Below are positions 12,546-24,627 of a DNA stretch of 64,000 bases, in pieces (the stretch's first letter is position 1; each line of letters opens with the position of its first letter). A program made the position numbers and the translations under genes. Location: assembly GCF_964355755.1 (NCBI RefSeq), contig NC_092679.1:10461432-10525431 (forward strand), in the 5' to 3' direction. The notes under the pieces are model-generated. The model saw only the letters and a program-made list of their open reading frames with translations, made no database searches and was not told the DNA's origin. Source of the stretch: Antedon mediterranea. Lineage: Eukaryota > Animalia > Echinodermata.

Positions 12546-13036
12546 TCAAAGAGCTAATCTAAAAAATAGAGTAAATATCACTTTAAAGACAAAATAAACA
12601 GTTAATTTAACCAAAATCACATTGACTTCCAGCCTATTTTTTGTTTTGAATTACAGTTTTTTTGGGTATGCACTATATCATTTTTTTCAATCCAATTTTT
12701 GGTGAAACTATTATGTGTGACATTAAAATTGCATATTCAACAAAAATATTTGTCAAAATTACTTTTGTCAGGGGGAAAATAAGTATATCTTTAATAGCAT
12801 GTGATATTATTAGCAAATATTTCGTAGTTTTAAAACTTTCCCATTACAAACAATTGCCATAATTCTGATAACATTACAATACACCCATCCTCTGGGACTT
12901 ATTTTCAAATGTAGCTAAAAACTTTCCAGTACAATTCCGGCCATTTAGATGTGTATAGATGCATGCAGTAGCATTGGAAAAGCGAGAGAGGGGGAGGTGG
13001 TTGGGGTGATGGAGAGACACATATTTTTTACATGTT

Positions 13037-13175
13037 TGTCTACACTATAAACTAGTTTAACAAAAAAGGTGTGATGTGCCCAAATATGGTAGTGATATGT
13101 TATTCATCGTGTCCATATATGGGCACATCACATTTTTTTGTCGCATAAAAATGTTATAGTGCAGACAGAGTTTAA
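13037..13175. mobile_element. Short palindromic MITE (~140 bp)
   Basis: TGTCTACACTATAA..TGTGATGTGCCCAAATATGG paired with CCATATATGGGCACATCACA..TTATAGTGCAGACA. Confidence 0.7.
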
Positions 13176-13457
13176 CATTTGTGTAACATGTAAAAAAAAT
13201 ATGTGTCTCTCCATCCACCCCAACCCCCTCCCCTCTATCGATCTCTTTTTATAGATTATTAATTGCTAAATATATGCAAAACGGATGGGTCATAGCTCAA
13301 AATGACATTTCCAATTGAATTCTGACAAAATATTTTGTTAGAGCAAATATAAATGTGTATATTCTAAACAATTTGACACCAAATTGAACTTTTTAGGACA
13401 AATAGTTACCGAGATATTGACATATTCAAACATTATATGATGATATGATATGATATG

Positions 13458-13952
13458 ACCACTCTCGCATCCAGACGAGAGACGTTGATTCAAAAATTTG
13501 GAGAAAGGCTCTTGAAATCGGAATTGTACAGAACTATTTTGCCCGACTACCGCATTATTAATAGAGAGCTTAGATCAACCACGGTAGATAAACCCCCCTA
13601 ATTAATATACCTGTTTGCAGAACTAACCGTCTTAAGACTTCGCCTGCCCTTACCATAAGTAGAATCCTTAATTCAAACAGTACCTGATCACGCTGAAGAT
13701 GGCTATGTTATAAATATTTACATATATTGGCCTATGCATTTGTATATAAATTTTGTAATCTTTTTAACATAACATAATTTTATTTTTTTAACTGATTTTT
13801 TCAAATTTTTTAATGTTTTGTATAAATTTTTGTATTTTTTTTAATGTTTCTGTTTCCATATATTTATATATATATTTTTGTAAATCAACAATTTCAGCCT
13901 TCGGGCTGCATGTTTTTTATTGTATAAACCTGAATAAATAAAAAAAAAAAAA
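13458..13952 (+). pseudogene. 3' end of an L2/Daphne-like LINE with 3' UTR and A-tail
   Basis: TLASRRETLIQKF..CRTNRLKTSP..ISRILN, then a CAGCCTTCGGGCTG hairpin, AATAAA and poly(A). Confidence 0.6.
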
Positions 13953-13959
13953 ATAAATT

Positions 13960-14421
13960 AGAGGTCAAGGGTCAAAAAAGCTTAATTTATGGTAATTTTT
14001 TTGAAAAAAGTTTTTATTAGACTAAATATTAGATTTATTTTCTTAACATTTTGAACCCATTCTCAAATCTCTGAGATTGCGTGTTATTGAGATATTAGGC
14101 AATCAAGTTCAAAGGTCAAACTGAAAAATAAAGCCTTTGCGGACATTTTTGTATAATTTTTTTCATTATAGCGAATATAAATATATATCTTCCAAGCATT
14201 TTGAAAAAAAATTAATGTAAAATGTCCATGCGTTGTCAAGATATGGCGATTTTTAGTTATATAATAGAAAAATTGAGGTCAGAGGTCACAGAGGTCAAAT
14301 CAGATTTCCAGTAACTTTGTTTTGGCATCTCCACACTATACTCTACCAAACTGCTATATTGAAAAATTTGTATCCAGTCTGGTAACATCCCACCCCTTTT
14401 TCTCCCCTTAGGGACTGGACT
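13960..14421. mobile_element. Academ-like arm fragment
   Basis: AGAGGTCAAGGGTCAA/GAGATAT motifs and an end resembling ...ACTGGACT(A). Confidence 0.35.
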
Positions 14422-14869
14422 CTGCATGAATAACAAGTTAGAAAGAACTGACGGAATGGGGGACTTCCCTTCTTGTTGAGGCTGGGCGCGGCCGTCTTAT
14501 ACATCGACGATATACAAAATACCGATATTTTACTCTCAGTTAGAGGGTGCGACTTATACACCGAAATATACGGTAAACTTCTAAAATATTTAATTAGGCC
14601 TGCTAACAACGACCTACTGTGTAGTAAGCCTAGCCTAGGCTAGTTTAGACACGGGGCCTAACGCGCCCAAAACAGAATTAAAGTGTGAAACAAATTATGA
14701 TGTTTGAGCTCGTTGTTTTATTCAGTGTGTTTTGTTACTCTCAAATTCGCGTACAATTAGGCCTAACAGAGAAATTAACATTAAAAAAAAAAAAACTTTT
14801 TTCCACCCGCCCCCCTTACCAAAAAAAAAAAACTTGACAGCAAACAAACAATTTTTTTTTTAAGCCTTA

Positions 14870-15062
14870 TCTGTCGCCGGCTCAAAGGCAAACCCGTCGA
14901 TCTTCAACCAGTAAATCATTCGTCCAACACCAAACACGCACTAATAAAAGTTCTCATATGTGCCGAGAACAACTAGGGACGGGAACGAACTACCTCAAAA
15001 TATACAGAACATTGAAAAAATTGAATCTTTCAAGGAAGCATTAAAGGAACGCTTAAACAAGA
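14870..15062 (+). pseudogene. 3' end of the CR1 LINE interrupted at 11540
   Basis: LSPAQRQTRRS..PRTTRD(W>G)NELPQNIQNIEKIESFKEALK, a typical CR1 ORF2 C-terminus. Confidence 0.75.
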
Positions 15063-16127
15063 AATATTTCTTACAAAAAACGCTGCTCGCTTATTGAAAA
15101 ATATTTTTTATTTCAAATGTTTTTGAATGTCATTTTATTGTCACATACTGTAATAGTTATTTTACCTGAAAAAAATGTAATTTAAAGCAACAAATATTTA
15201 AATTGTCTGTCAGACAATGGTTTTTGGGTTTCTTTTCTTTTTTTATATGTGAATAAATATTATTTTTTTGTTACAGAAGTGAATACTCAATTTCTGTCAC
15301 TTTAGTTAATTTTATTGCTAAGGTCAAATCTGGGGGTCACTTCATCACCCTAGATATTTCAATTGTGAAGTATCCTATTACAAACACAAACTTTAATGGA
15401 CTGTTTCGATAATAATTCAATGAATATCTGACAGTGAATATACCAGAAATGCTTAGGGATTTGTAATTTTAGCATGACATGTTCTAATAGACTCTTTCCC
15501 AGGCGTTTTTTGGGTCTACTGTAGCAGCTGGAATCAATAAATCATAGTGGAGTTTCCATTTTCACAAAACTGTCTGTCCTTAGAACTATAACTGCTGCTT
15601 GCTTTAGCTTCTGATTGAGTAGTCCTAATGGGACGTAGCGGGCTAGAGCAGCAGCGTGAAAACATATCAACTGAAATCAGAGACTAAATATCAAAGACCT
15701 CGCATGCGCACAAACCCTGCTTTTTTTTATCCTTAAGGATCGTTAAGCAGTATTCCAAGTAAGAAGATGGTTGGAAATGGTACTCCTCGCGACGTTAAAA
15801 TCATGATAAATAGCACCTTTAGTTGGCAAAAAATTATGCCTTCTAATAATTTCATTTGTAACTAAAATGTACTTTTTTTAACACATTTAAAAACTGTAAT
15901 TTTACCTTGCACACTCAATATATTAATGATACATTTGGAAAGGCTCTCGTATTTTGGAAAAATGTTTGCCGCCCTCAAGTTGACATATTTTAGAAAATTA
16001 CTAGCGGTCCCAAATTGACGTATTTGAGGTATATTCAGAGCGTCATTCTGACGACTGGAGTATTCTCTACTTCTACGAAGCGCCATTTATGCCTTTATTA
16101 ACGTCCGAAAAAATACTACGGTAACCG

Positions 16128-16640
16128 GTCCAGTGGACCAAATTTGGCACCGGTGGAGCACAGTCATATAAAATAGAAAGAAGTCACTAATTTTAAAATA
16201 TCTTCGTATGTTAATACACTGTGCTTCAGTGGACCCAATTTGGCACCGGCAGAGCACAATGATGGGCTATAAAATAGAAATAAGTCACTAAATTTGAATA
16301 TCTTTTCGTATTTTAATACACTGTGCTCAAGTGGACTCAATTTTGCCCCAGTGGAGCACAGTGATATAAAATAGAAATAAGTCACTAATTAATGTTAATA
16401 TAGTTTCGTATTTTAATACACTGTGCTCAAGTGGACGTAATTTGGAGCCAGGAAAGCACAGTGATATAAAATAGGAATAAGTCACTGAATTTTAATATCT
16501 TTTCGTATGTTAATACACTGTTCTCAAGTGGACTCAATTTGGAGCCAGAGGAGCACAGTGATATAAAATAGAAATAAGTCACTGAATTTTAATATCTTTT
16601 CGTATGTTAATACACTGTGCTCAAGTCGACCCAATTTGAA
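16128..16640. repeat. Tandem array of ~97-bp units, ~5 copies
   Basis: CAAGTGGAC.CAATTTGG..GAGCACAGTGATATAAAATAGAAATAAGTCACT recurs at about 16131, 16227, 16328, 16428, 16525 and 16622. Confidence 0.9.
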
Positions 16641-18689
16641 ATAATAATTGTACGCATCTCCTCCGAAACAACTGAACGGTACGTGCTCACATTTGGCACA
16701 CTGATATTTATTGAGGGACCGCACACGATAGGCTACAGTATGTCACTTTCCTGAATTTTAAGGATAAACACTAAAAAAGGCAAAAATAACAGTAAAAATA
16801 CAGTTACTGTATAAACTACGCATCTTCCTCTGTTGTGTAACGCCATGGCCTGGTCTACAAATACCATGCCGGGCTGCCAAATTAAAACAGTGTTTAGCCG
16901 GTCAACTGTATCGAATGATCGCGTTGTTGAAGTGTTAATTAATTACACCTATCCTTTGAACAGAATGATTTTCGTAAATCACGGTTTGGCTCAGTGAGTA
17001 AAAAGTATAATAATTACAAGTGCAAAGTATAAAAAACCATTTAAATAAAAAAATTGTAAATGAACAAAAAGAAAACCCCAAAATATGAAAAGTCACCATT
17101 ATCTAATTTCGACTACCACCATGTGTGTTGATTTCAAAGTGTGTATAAAGCAGCTGTAGTTTTATTATTGCAATAATTCTATAACTTACCAATTCATATT
17201 TTATCATTAAAATGTATTAACCTGTCGACTTCAACGTGCATAAGAGGCACGTTATTACTTTCTGATGCGCACCCTAGACTTAATATTCACACAGCACAAA
17301 GTACTGTATTGCTTTCATTTTGTAGCTTACAGATTATTTCAAAGTAAATGAATACTTTGTTTATAACAAAATCAATGGCCGTAAATAGTTCGGAATTTTA
17401 TTCTTGGCAATTTGTTTTTTATATATTATATAATTTGTCAGAGGCACACGGGTTACTGCTGGACCACAAGTAAATTATAAAAGTAGCAAATAGGTAACAA
17501 ATCTCCCACACACAAAAAATTGCAAAATATCAAAACCATTGAAATAAAAAAAAAATGTAAATAAATAAAAATGAACACACACAACAAAAAGATTTCAAAT
17601 GGTTTGATTGTTGCACGTTAAAACAACTTTACAATTCGTGTTTTACTGATTTATCTCCACTTTTTTATTTTATCTATATGTATCAAATAATTAATACACC
17701 ACGAAAAACACCCAAAATAATGTAGTTTGGAATGTTATACTTTCAATAGTGTTTATGTGCATCATCTAATTCCAACAGTTGAATTTTTCTTTAGTCTTTA
17801 GTCTTTTATTTTCGTAAAGTATGAACAGTCAAAATTAAAGTCTAAAGTTCCATATCCAGAGTATTGCTTTCATTTTTTAGCCTGAATTATTTCAAAGTGA
17901 AGGAATAGTGTATAACAAAACCAATGGCTGTAAATAATTTTATTCTTGATACAATTTGTTTTTATTTTAATAATTTTTTTATATTAAGGCGGAAAAAGAC
18001 CGTGCAGATAACAGGTTACTGCTATTTACAGTTAAATAGTGTTAACATATTAATCATTTTAACGATGTTTAGGCCTATTTTTTAAAACATCCTTCTTTGG
18101 AACCTGTAAAATAAATTTAAAATTACAAAGTATTTAAATTCTAATTATAAATAACAATTTATTGACCAAATAAAAAATATCCATGGAAAATAATTAAATC
18201 AAGCTCCTAAAAACATCACTTGAAATATATTATAGACAACGAAAATGTACATGTCGCACCATACAAAATAGCGTGTTTCAAACGCGACCGATACCATCAA
18301 AATTATAACTCTAGTGGCGCACCATACAACATTCCAAAAAATTTTATCGCGTCCAAAATTAAACGTGACCGATATCATCATAACCCCATAATCCTGCCGC
18401 CACCACTGTTCTTACGGCTGCTGCCGATAACGGTGCGTACAGTTATTTTGCCGCAAATGTAGCTTCGTACCCAAAATTACTCAAAATTGTTTCAATACAT
18501 CATCCAACCTACTCATGGGTTTTCTACAATATCATGTACCGTATAAGCACACAATTGTAAAAAATCGATATTTTTTTTATTTAAAAGTATTTTTAATCAA
18601 TTAATAATTGTGCACCCTTCAGAAATCCATCGCCAGCTTAGCTTTGTGAAAAATCATTACTACGGGAAGAACAATATGATTTTTGATTA

Positions 18690-21072
18690 TCTCATTATTC
18701 CATCAGATGTCTTTTTTTGTGGTGGTTTTAATATCCACATTGATAAAAATGAGAATATCGCTGCAAATAAATTTAATCGTCTATTGCAGTCTTTCAATCT
18801 TATACAGCATGTAAATGAACCTACGCATAATGGTGGTCATTGTTTTGATCTCATTATTACTAGAGATGTTTCTCTGATCTCGGGGATCACTGTAAAACCG
18901 GGTATCTCTGATCATTTTTCTATACTTTGTAGTCTCGATTTCAAGAAACCACCTCTTCCTAAATCTAAAATTAAAATCCGAAATATAAACAGTATTGATA
19001 CAACAAAGTTTTCAAATGACATACAAGCTCGGTTGTCTGATAGGCATGATGGTACTTTGCAAAAAAATATTGAAAGATACTGTTCTTTAAGAGAAGTTAT
19101 GGATAAACACGCACCATTAAAAAAAAATGTACCAAACTAAATTCTTCAAAACCGTGGTAGGCCTATACTGATGAAATTAGATCTGCGAGAAAACTCCGTC
19201 GCGTATTTGAGAGAAAATGGATGAAATCCAAAAATACCTTAGATAGACAGAAATATTGTCATCAGCGGTGTATTGTTAATATGCTTGTTGAAAGTGCTAA
19301 GAAACGATATTATTTTGATCTGGTCGAAGATTGCTCAGGTGATCAGAAGAAGCTGTTTAAAGTTGTAAACAATCTTTTACACCGTTCCAAATCGTCGGTG
19401 CTTCCATTTTCTCACTCAGATGAGTTGCTTGCAGAAAGATTTTCCGTATTTTTTAAAAATAAAATTGTTAATATTCCTAAACTTCTTTTATTGTCCCTCC
19501 CTTTGTAAATTTGAACCTGCAAGTGAAAAAGAAATTTCTGAAATTGTCAAAAACTCGCCTGCTAAATCTTGCAGTCTTGATCCAGTTCCTACTCTGTTAA
19601 TTAAGAGAAATGCTGTTGGTTTTGTTCCACTAATTACACGTGTCGTTAATATGTCTTTGGAAACTGGGGTTTTCCCAGATATTTGTAAAATCTCGCACAT
19701 ACGTCCTCAATTAAAGATATCGGGTCTTGATCCTGAAAAGCTATCCAATTACAGACCAGTATCAAATCTGTGTTTTCTTGGAAAAGTAATTGAAAAAGTG
19801 GTATCTAAACGTATACTATCACACGTAAAGGATAATTCTTTACTTGATCCGTTTCAATCAGCGTATAAAGCACATCACAGTACTGAAACTGCACTGCTGC
19901 GCGTTAGCAATGATATACTTCGTGCGATGGATGTTGGAGAAGTAACTGCTTTAATTTTACTTGATTTGAGTGCTGCGTTTGATAAGGTAGATCATAGTAT
20001 TCTGATTAAGAGGTTGCATGCTTCTATTGGTGTTGAGGGATGTGCACTAAGATTGTGTCAATCATACTTGGCGGACAGACCTCAACACATTTGTATTAGA
20101 GAGGCAATCTCTCAACCTACCACTTTTAATTTCTCTGTTCCGCAAGGATCTGTTTTAGGTCCACAATTGTTTACAATTTATGTATATCCTATTCGTGATA
20201 TCATTAAGAAATATAATCTTAGCTATCATGTTTACGCTGATGACACTCAGATATATATATATATCGTTTAAACCTACCATGACACAGAGTGAATTATCAA
20301 TTGATTTGCTTGAAAAATGTATCTCTGAAATTCGTGTCTGGATGGCCAAAAACGGAGTACATTCTATGTGGTTCGCAACAACAATTAGAGAAAATTCCAT
20401 CTAGGAGGGTTTCCATTGGTAATTTTTGTACTAAAAATACTATGACAATGACGGCTCATATTTCTAAAATTACGTCTGCATCGTCATATCATTTAAGAAA
20501 TATTCGAGGCATCAGAAAATAATTAAATCGTGCAGTTGCTCATGCATTTGTTAGTTCGCGTCTCGGTATGTGTAACTCATTGTTATTTGGTCTCCCACAT
20601 AAACAACTGCATATAGGCTTCAGCTCGTACAAAATGCGTCTGCATGAGTTGTAACTAACTTGCCCAAATTTTCGCATATTACAGGCACCTTAAAAGAGTT
20701 ACATTGGCTGCCTATTAAACATAGAATTGTTTTGAAAAATATTGTTAATTGTTTTCAAAGTTATTAATGGAACTGCTCCAGAGTATGTGACTGATATGCT
20801 GGACTTATACTCTCCTAATTTACGATCCAATAATAAGTTGCTTTTATTTCAACCGAAATCTCATCACTCGTTTCGAGATCTATTAATGCTCCGCGTCTGT
20901 GGAATGACATGCCTGAATGGATTAGGCATTGCCACAAAATTAATTCTTTTAAAAAATCATTAAAATCATACCTTTTTGCTGAGGCATATAGTATTAATGA
21001 AGCATAAACAAACAGTGTTGTGATTAGCGCCTTGAGGACTTTTAGTGGATATGTGCGCTATTTAAATTATTA

Positions 21073-21100
<28 letters not shown>
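18690..21100 (+). pseudogene. L2-clade LINE, most of ORF2 plus 3' end, disrupted
   Basis: GGFNIHID, PTHNGGHCFDLII, GISDHF, KSCSLDPVPT, NYRPVSNL, FQSAYKAHHSTETALL, LDLSAAFDKVDH, VPQGSVLGP, YADDTQIY, LHWLP; ends with a GCGC..GCGCTA stem-loop and a (TTA)n tail. Confidence 0.95.
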
Positions 21101-21104
<4 letters not shown>

Positions 21105-22234
21105 GCTGCCGGCAAAGAACATTGGTCAAGGACCTGGGTCAGATTTGTATGCATTTAATTTAGGAGAGAATATCTCAACTGTTATAGGATAATTTGACAC
21201 CAACAAACATCATGGAATGTGTGCCAAATTCACTATCCGGGCCAACATGCCCAAAATCGGAGTCAAAGGTTAAAAATGTGTGGTTCTTATATCTCGACAA
21301 CCACTTGTTGAATAGATTTGCTTTTGGTGTCAAATTGTTCAGAATATACATATTTATATTCGGTCTAAGACAACTTTTAGCCAAAAAAAATGACCAGATA
21401 TGCTTTTACTGACATTTGACCCAAAAACACATTTTCGGGTTAAATTATTCTTTAAAATGCCAATGGACAAACTGTATGATACCAATGAAAGCATACACAA
21501 TATGCTACCCATTGCTACCAAACTTGTATTGAACATTTTTAATTATGAAGCTAATTGTATGGAAAATGTGCATATTTTGATTATTTTATTCAAAAAATGA
21601 ATATTTGGTAGCGTAATTGTTATAGTCCGGTGGCAGGAGGGGGGGGGGGGGATTATAGGTGTCTATTCAATTACCTTATAAAAAGAAAAATCCATTGTGA
21701 TTAGAGGTCAAATGTCAATATTGACCAATCATAGAAAATACCTATAAAACCAAATGAAAACTAATATTTAACAAAATTGGATGTTTCTCATCCTGTTTAT
21801 CAATCATACGCAATGTAAAAGCGCGAATACATCAGTACATTAGTTGACATAAGGTCAATTTCATCAGTTGACATAAGGTCAACAAGGTCAACATTTTAAT
21901 ATGCATATTATTTACCAAATAAATGCAAAGTTGTCAAAACTATGATATCGATGGTTTTACAAGTAATACAATTATTTGATCAGTCAAGTTATGTTAATTC
22001 ATTATAATTTTGATTAATATAATCATAATACTGTAATAAATCAAATCAGACTTCAGGATAAGAAGCAAGCGTTTTCGAGATATAAGGGGTCAAAGTTAAA
22101 AATTGACCAAATATAACAATGTGTTATATATATAAACACATTAGGCAATGAACATTAATTCGAAACCGCCCGGTGATATACTGAAATTTAATTAATTAAT
22201 TTGAAACGAAATGTGTTTTATATATATATATAAC

Positions 22235-22318
22235 TTTTTATTTTTGTATCTCCATTGAGATCCAGCCACTGATACCCACAGCATTGTCATTTTTTTCAGT
22301 AATTTGCCTTTGGATTTA
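22235..22318 (+). mobile_element. Isolated 3' terminus of the Penelope-like element, attached to (TA)n
   Basis: TGTATCTCCATTGAGATCCAGCCACTGATACCCACAGCATTGTCA..GCCTTTGGATT is the reverse complement of 41549-41625. Confidence 0.85.
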
Positions 22319-22426
22319 TATATATATATATATATATATATATCGTTTCAAATTAATTAATTAAATTTAGTATATCATCGGGCGGTTTAGAATTAATGTT
22401 CTTTGCCTGTTGTGTTTATATATATA

Positions 22427-22777
22427 AAAGTATCTCTTCGGAGATCCCGCCTCGTGAATAAAAATACTGAAAGATGAGGGCGTATCAATTTGATCTCTGT
22501 TGCGCGTGCGTACAACTGAGGACTAGTGCTGTTCCGCCGTACCACGCCGAGAATGTTAAAGAGTCGCTATCCAATCGAGTTCGAACAATACCATGAAAGC
22601 CCCAGTGGTCTAATGGTTAGGACATCTGCATATCAAGCAGGCGGTCCGAGTTCGAGTCTCGGTTGGGACGACTTTTTCTCATTCTCACAGATTTCCTCAT
22701 CTTTATCGTTTCAAATTAATTAAATTTAGTATATCATCGGGTGGTTTAGAATTAATGTTCTTTGCCTGTTGTGTTTA
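22427..22777 (+). mobile_element. (TA)n-flanked small element carrying a tRNA-like sequence
   Basis: Bounded by (TA)n; its last ~70 bp recur at 22343-22418, inverted at 22133-22209, and partially at 41481-41521. Confidence 0.65.
22599..22670 (+). tRNA. tRNA-like cloverleaf / tRNA pseudogene, anticodon ATC (Asp-like), probably TE-derived
   Basis: 72 nt: acceptor GCCCCAG/TTGGGAC (1 mismatch), A-box TGGTCTAATGG, anticodon arm TCTGC-ATATCAA-GCAGG, T-arm CCGAG-TTCGAGT-CTCGG, followed by TTTTT. Confidence 0.7.
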
Positions 22778-24523
22778 TATATATATATATATATATATGT
22801 ATTATAACCAATTTATTTAGTTAAATTTGGTCTTTGAATACATTTGTATGGTTATAGGTATCTATTAAGTCACCTTATAAAACAAATACTTTGCAATTAA
22901 AGGTCAAATATCTATTTTGACCAGTCAAAAAATTTGCCTATAAAACCAAATAAAAATTAACATTTAAGACAAAACCATACACAATCAAAAGAGCACATTC
23001 ATCGTTACACCAGTTGACATAGGTCAAAGGTCAACATTTTAGCAAGTGATATACGGTACTAAATAATGCAAAGTTATTTAAACTATGGTTTGGTCATAAA
23101 TGTAATCACATTATTTGATCAATAAAGTTATGGTATTTTTGATATTTTTTTTATTGCGCATTATTTTAAATGTATTATAATACTGTAAAATAAATAATAA
23201 AAATAATATTATGACTGTTAAAATGTTATGATGTTAAAATGTTAACTTCACCATTTCAATTCACAATTTCTAGGACTCTGGCCATTCACTGGTCCCCATC
23301 TATTTCTATTTAATGATCTTGAATTCATCGTTATGTGTTTGTCTTTTAATTGTTAAGTTCTGCAAATACTGTATGTTTTAATGATTACCTTTCATAAGAG
23401 ACCACCAGGATTTCTTTCATTTTTGAAAATATTAAGAGAATATTGCCTGTTTCACTAGTTGACGACACATTTACTCAGATCCATAAACTTTACAAAGCTA
23501 CCAAATCTAGACAAAAACCACATAATTGTATTTTGTTTACCAGTTAAGGTGCACAGACTGGCTATTCTCAGTTATCTGAGTACTGTACCTAGACAAATAA
23601 AAACCAAAATTATGTATTGCCAACATAAAGAAGCAGATCAAATCAGTTTATTCCCTCAAAATGAATATTGTTCTGACCAATCTTTGCAAAATTATTTTTT
23701 ATAAGTTGTGCTTTAAACATTTATTTTATTCAAGGTCAGCGTTACATTTTAAGTCTGATTTGATTAATTACAGTATTATAATTATATTGATTAAAATTAT
23801 AATGAAATAACATAACTTTACTGATCAAATAATTTGATTACTTGTAAAACCATCGATATTATAGTTTGCATTTATGACCTTATGTCATCTGATGAAATTG
23901 ACCTTATGTCAACTGATGAAATGATGTATTCGTTCTTTTGACATTGCGTATGATTGATTAACAGAGTGAGAAAACATCCGATTTTTGTTAAATATTAGTT
24001 TTTATAGGATTGCATTTATTTGGTAAATAACTAATATGCATATTAAAATATTGACCTTTGATCTTATGTCAACTGATGAAATGATGAATTCGCGCTTTTA
24101 CATTGCGTATGATTGATTAACAGGATGAGAAAACATCAAATTTTTGTTAAACATTAGTTTTTATTTGGTTTTATAGGTACGTTCTATGATTGGTCAATAT
24201 TGACATTTGACCCTTAATCACAAAAGGATTTTTTTTCATAAGTTGATTGAATAGACACCTATAATCATAAAAATATACCGGTATTAAAAAGAAAATTGTG
24301 TTATAATACATAATACATTGTTGTAATTGGTCAGTTTTGAAATTTGACTCCTTATATCTCGAAAACGCTTCCTATCCTGATCGATTACCTTCCAGATTCG
24401 TAATCTACGGAAAATTCTGGTCTAGAAAAGTTGAATGGCAATTTGTCCCCTTTTGGGTGGTGATATATCCCCCTCCTGCCACCGGACTAATTGTTAATCA
24501 ACAGAAGAATTTATTCGGGATAT

Positions 24524-24627
24524 TTTTCTGGTTGTTTTACTTTATCAATTTGATTTAGCTTTTTCCTTATTTTGTTTTGTATCTCCATTGAGATCCAGCC
24601 ACCCATTTTTCAGTATTTTGCCTTTGT
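24524..24627 (+). mobile_element. Diverged Penelope 3' terminus fragment
   Basis: TTTTCTGGTTGTTTTACTTT..GTATCTCCATTGAGATCCAGCCAC..TTGCCTTTG matches the reverse complement of 41550-41670. Confidence 0.75.

Larger units (their letters stand above)
11740..14573. mobile_element. Tc1/mariner (Tc2/pogo-like) MITE nested in the Harbinger-like MITE
   Basis: TIRs (G)CGTATATTTCGGTGTATAATCGCAC / GTGCGACTTATACACCGAAATATACGG, with TA on both flanks and internal repeats of the TIR motif at about 11800 and 14490. Confidence 0.75.
11543..14866. mobile_element. PIF/Harbinger-like MITE interrupting the CR1 LINE (carries nested inserts)
   Basis: Ends GGCCAAAGG(A)nTAGTTTGTTTGCTGTCA and TGACAGCAAACAAACAA(T)nAAGCC; TTA duplicated at 11540-11542 and 14867-14869; LINE-like coding sequence lies on both sides. 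Confidence 0.75.
21623..24489. mobile_element. Non-autonomous DNA transposon with TAG...CTA termini and long inverted arms (Academ-like)
   Basis: Perfect TIR TAGTCCGGTGGCAGGAGGGG / CCCCTCCTGCCACCGGACTA; 21653-21835 is the reverse complement of 24081-24266; ATTGTTA is present on both flanks. Confidence 0.8.

Noticed and set aside
15277-15411. Acceptor-like TTACAG followed by 44 open codons
   Set aside because: No recognisable protein and no supporting neighbouring exon; plausible by chance.
19420-20271. RT ORF as a retron, DGR or group II intron RT
   Set aside because: Its motifs, upstream APE domain and (TTA)n tail identify an ordinary decayed L2 LINE.
22599-22670. Functional cytosolic tRNA-Asp gene
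   Set aside because: It has an unusual ATC anticodon, a purine at position 32 and an acceptor mismatch, and it lies in a repeated element; reported as tRNA-like only.
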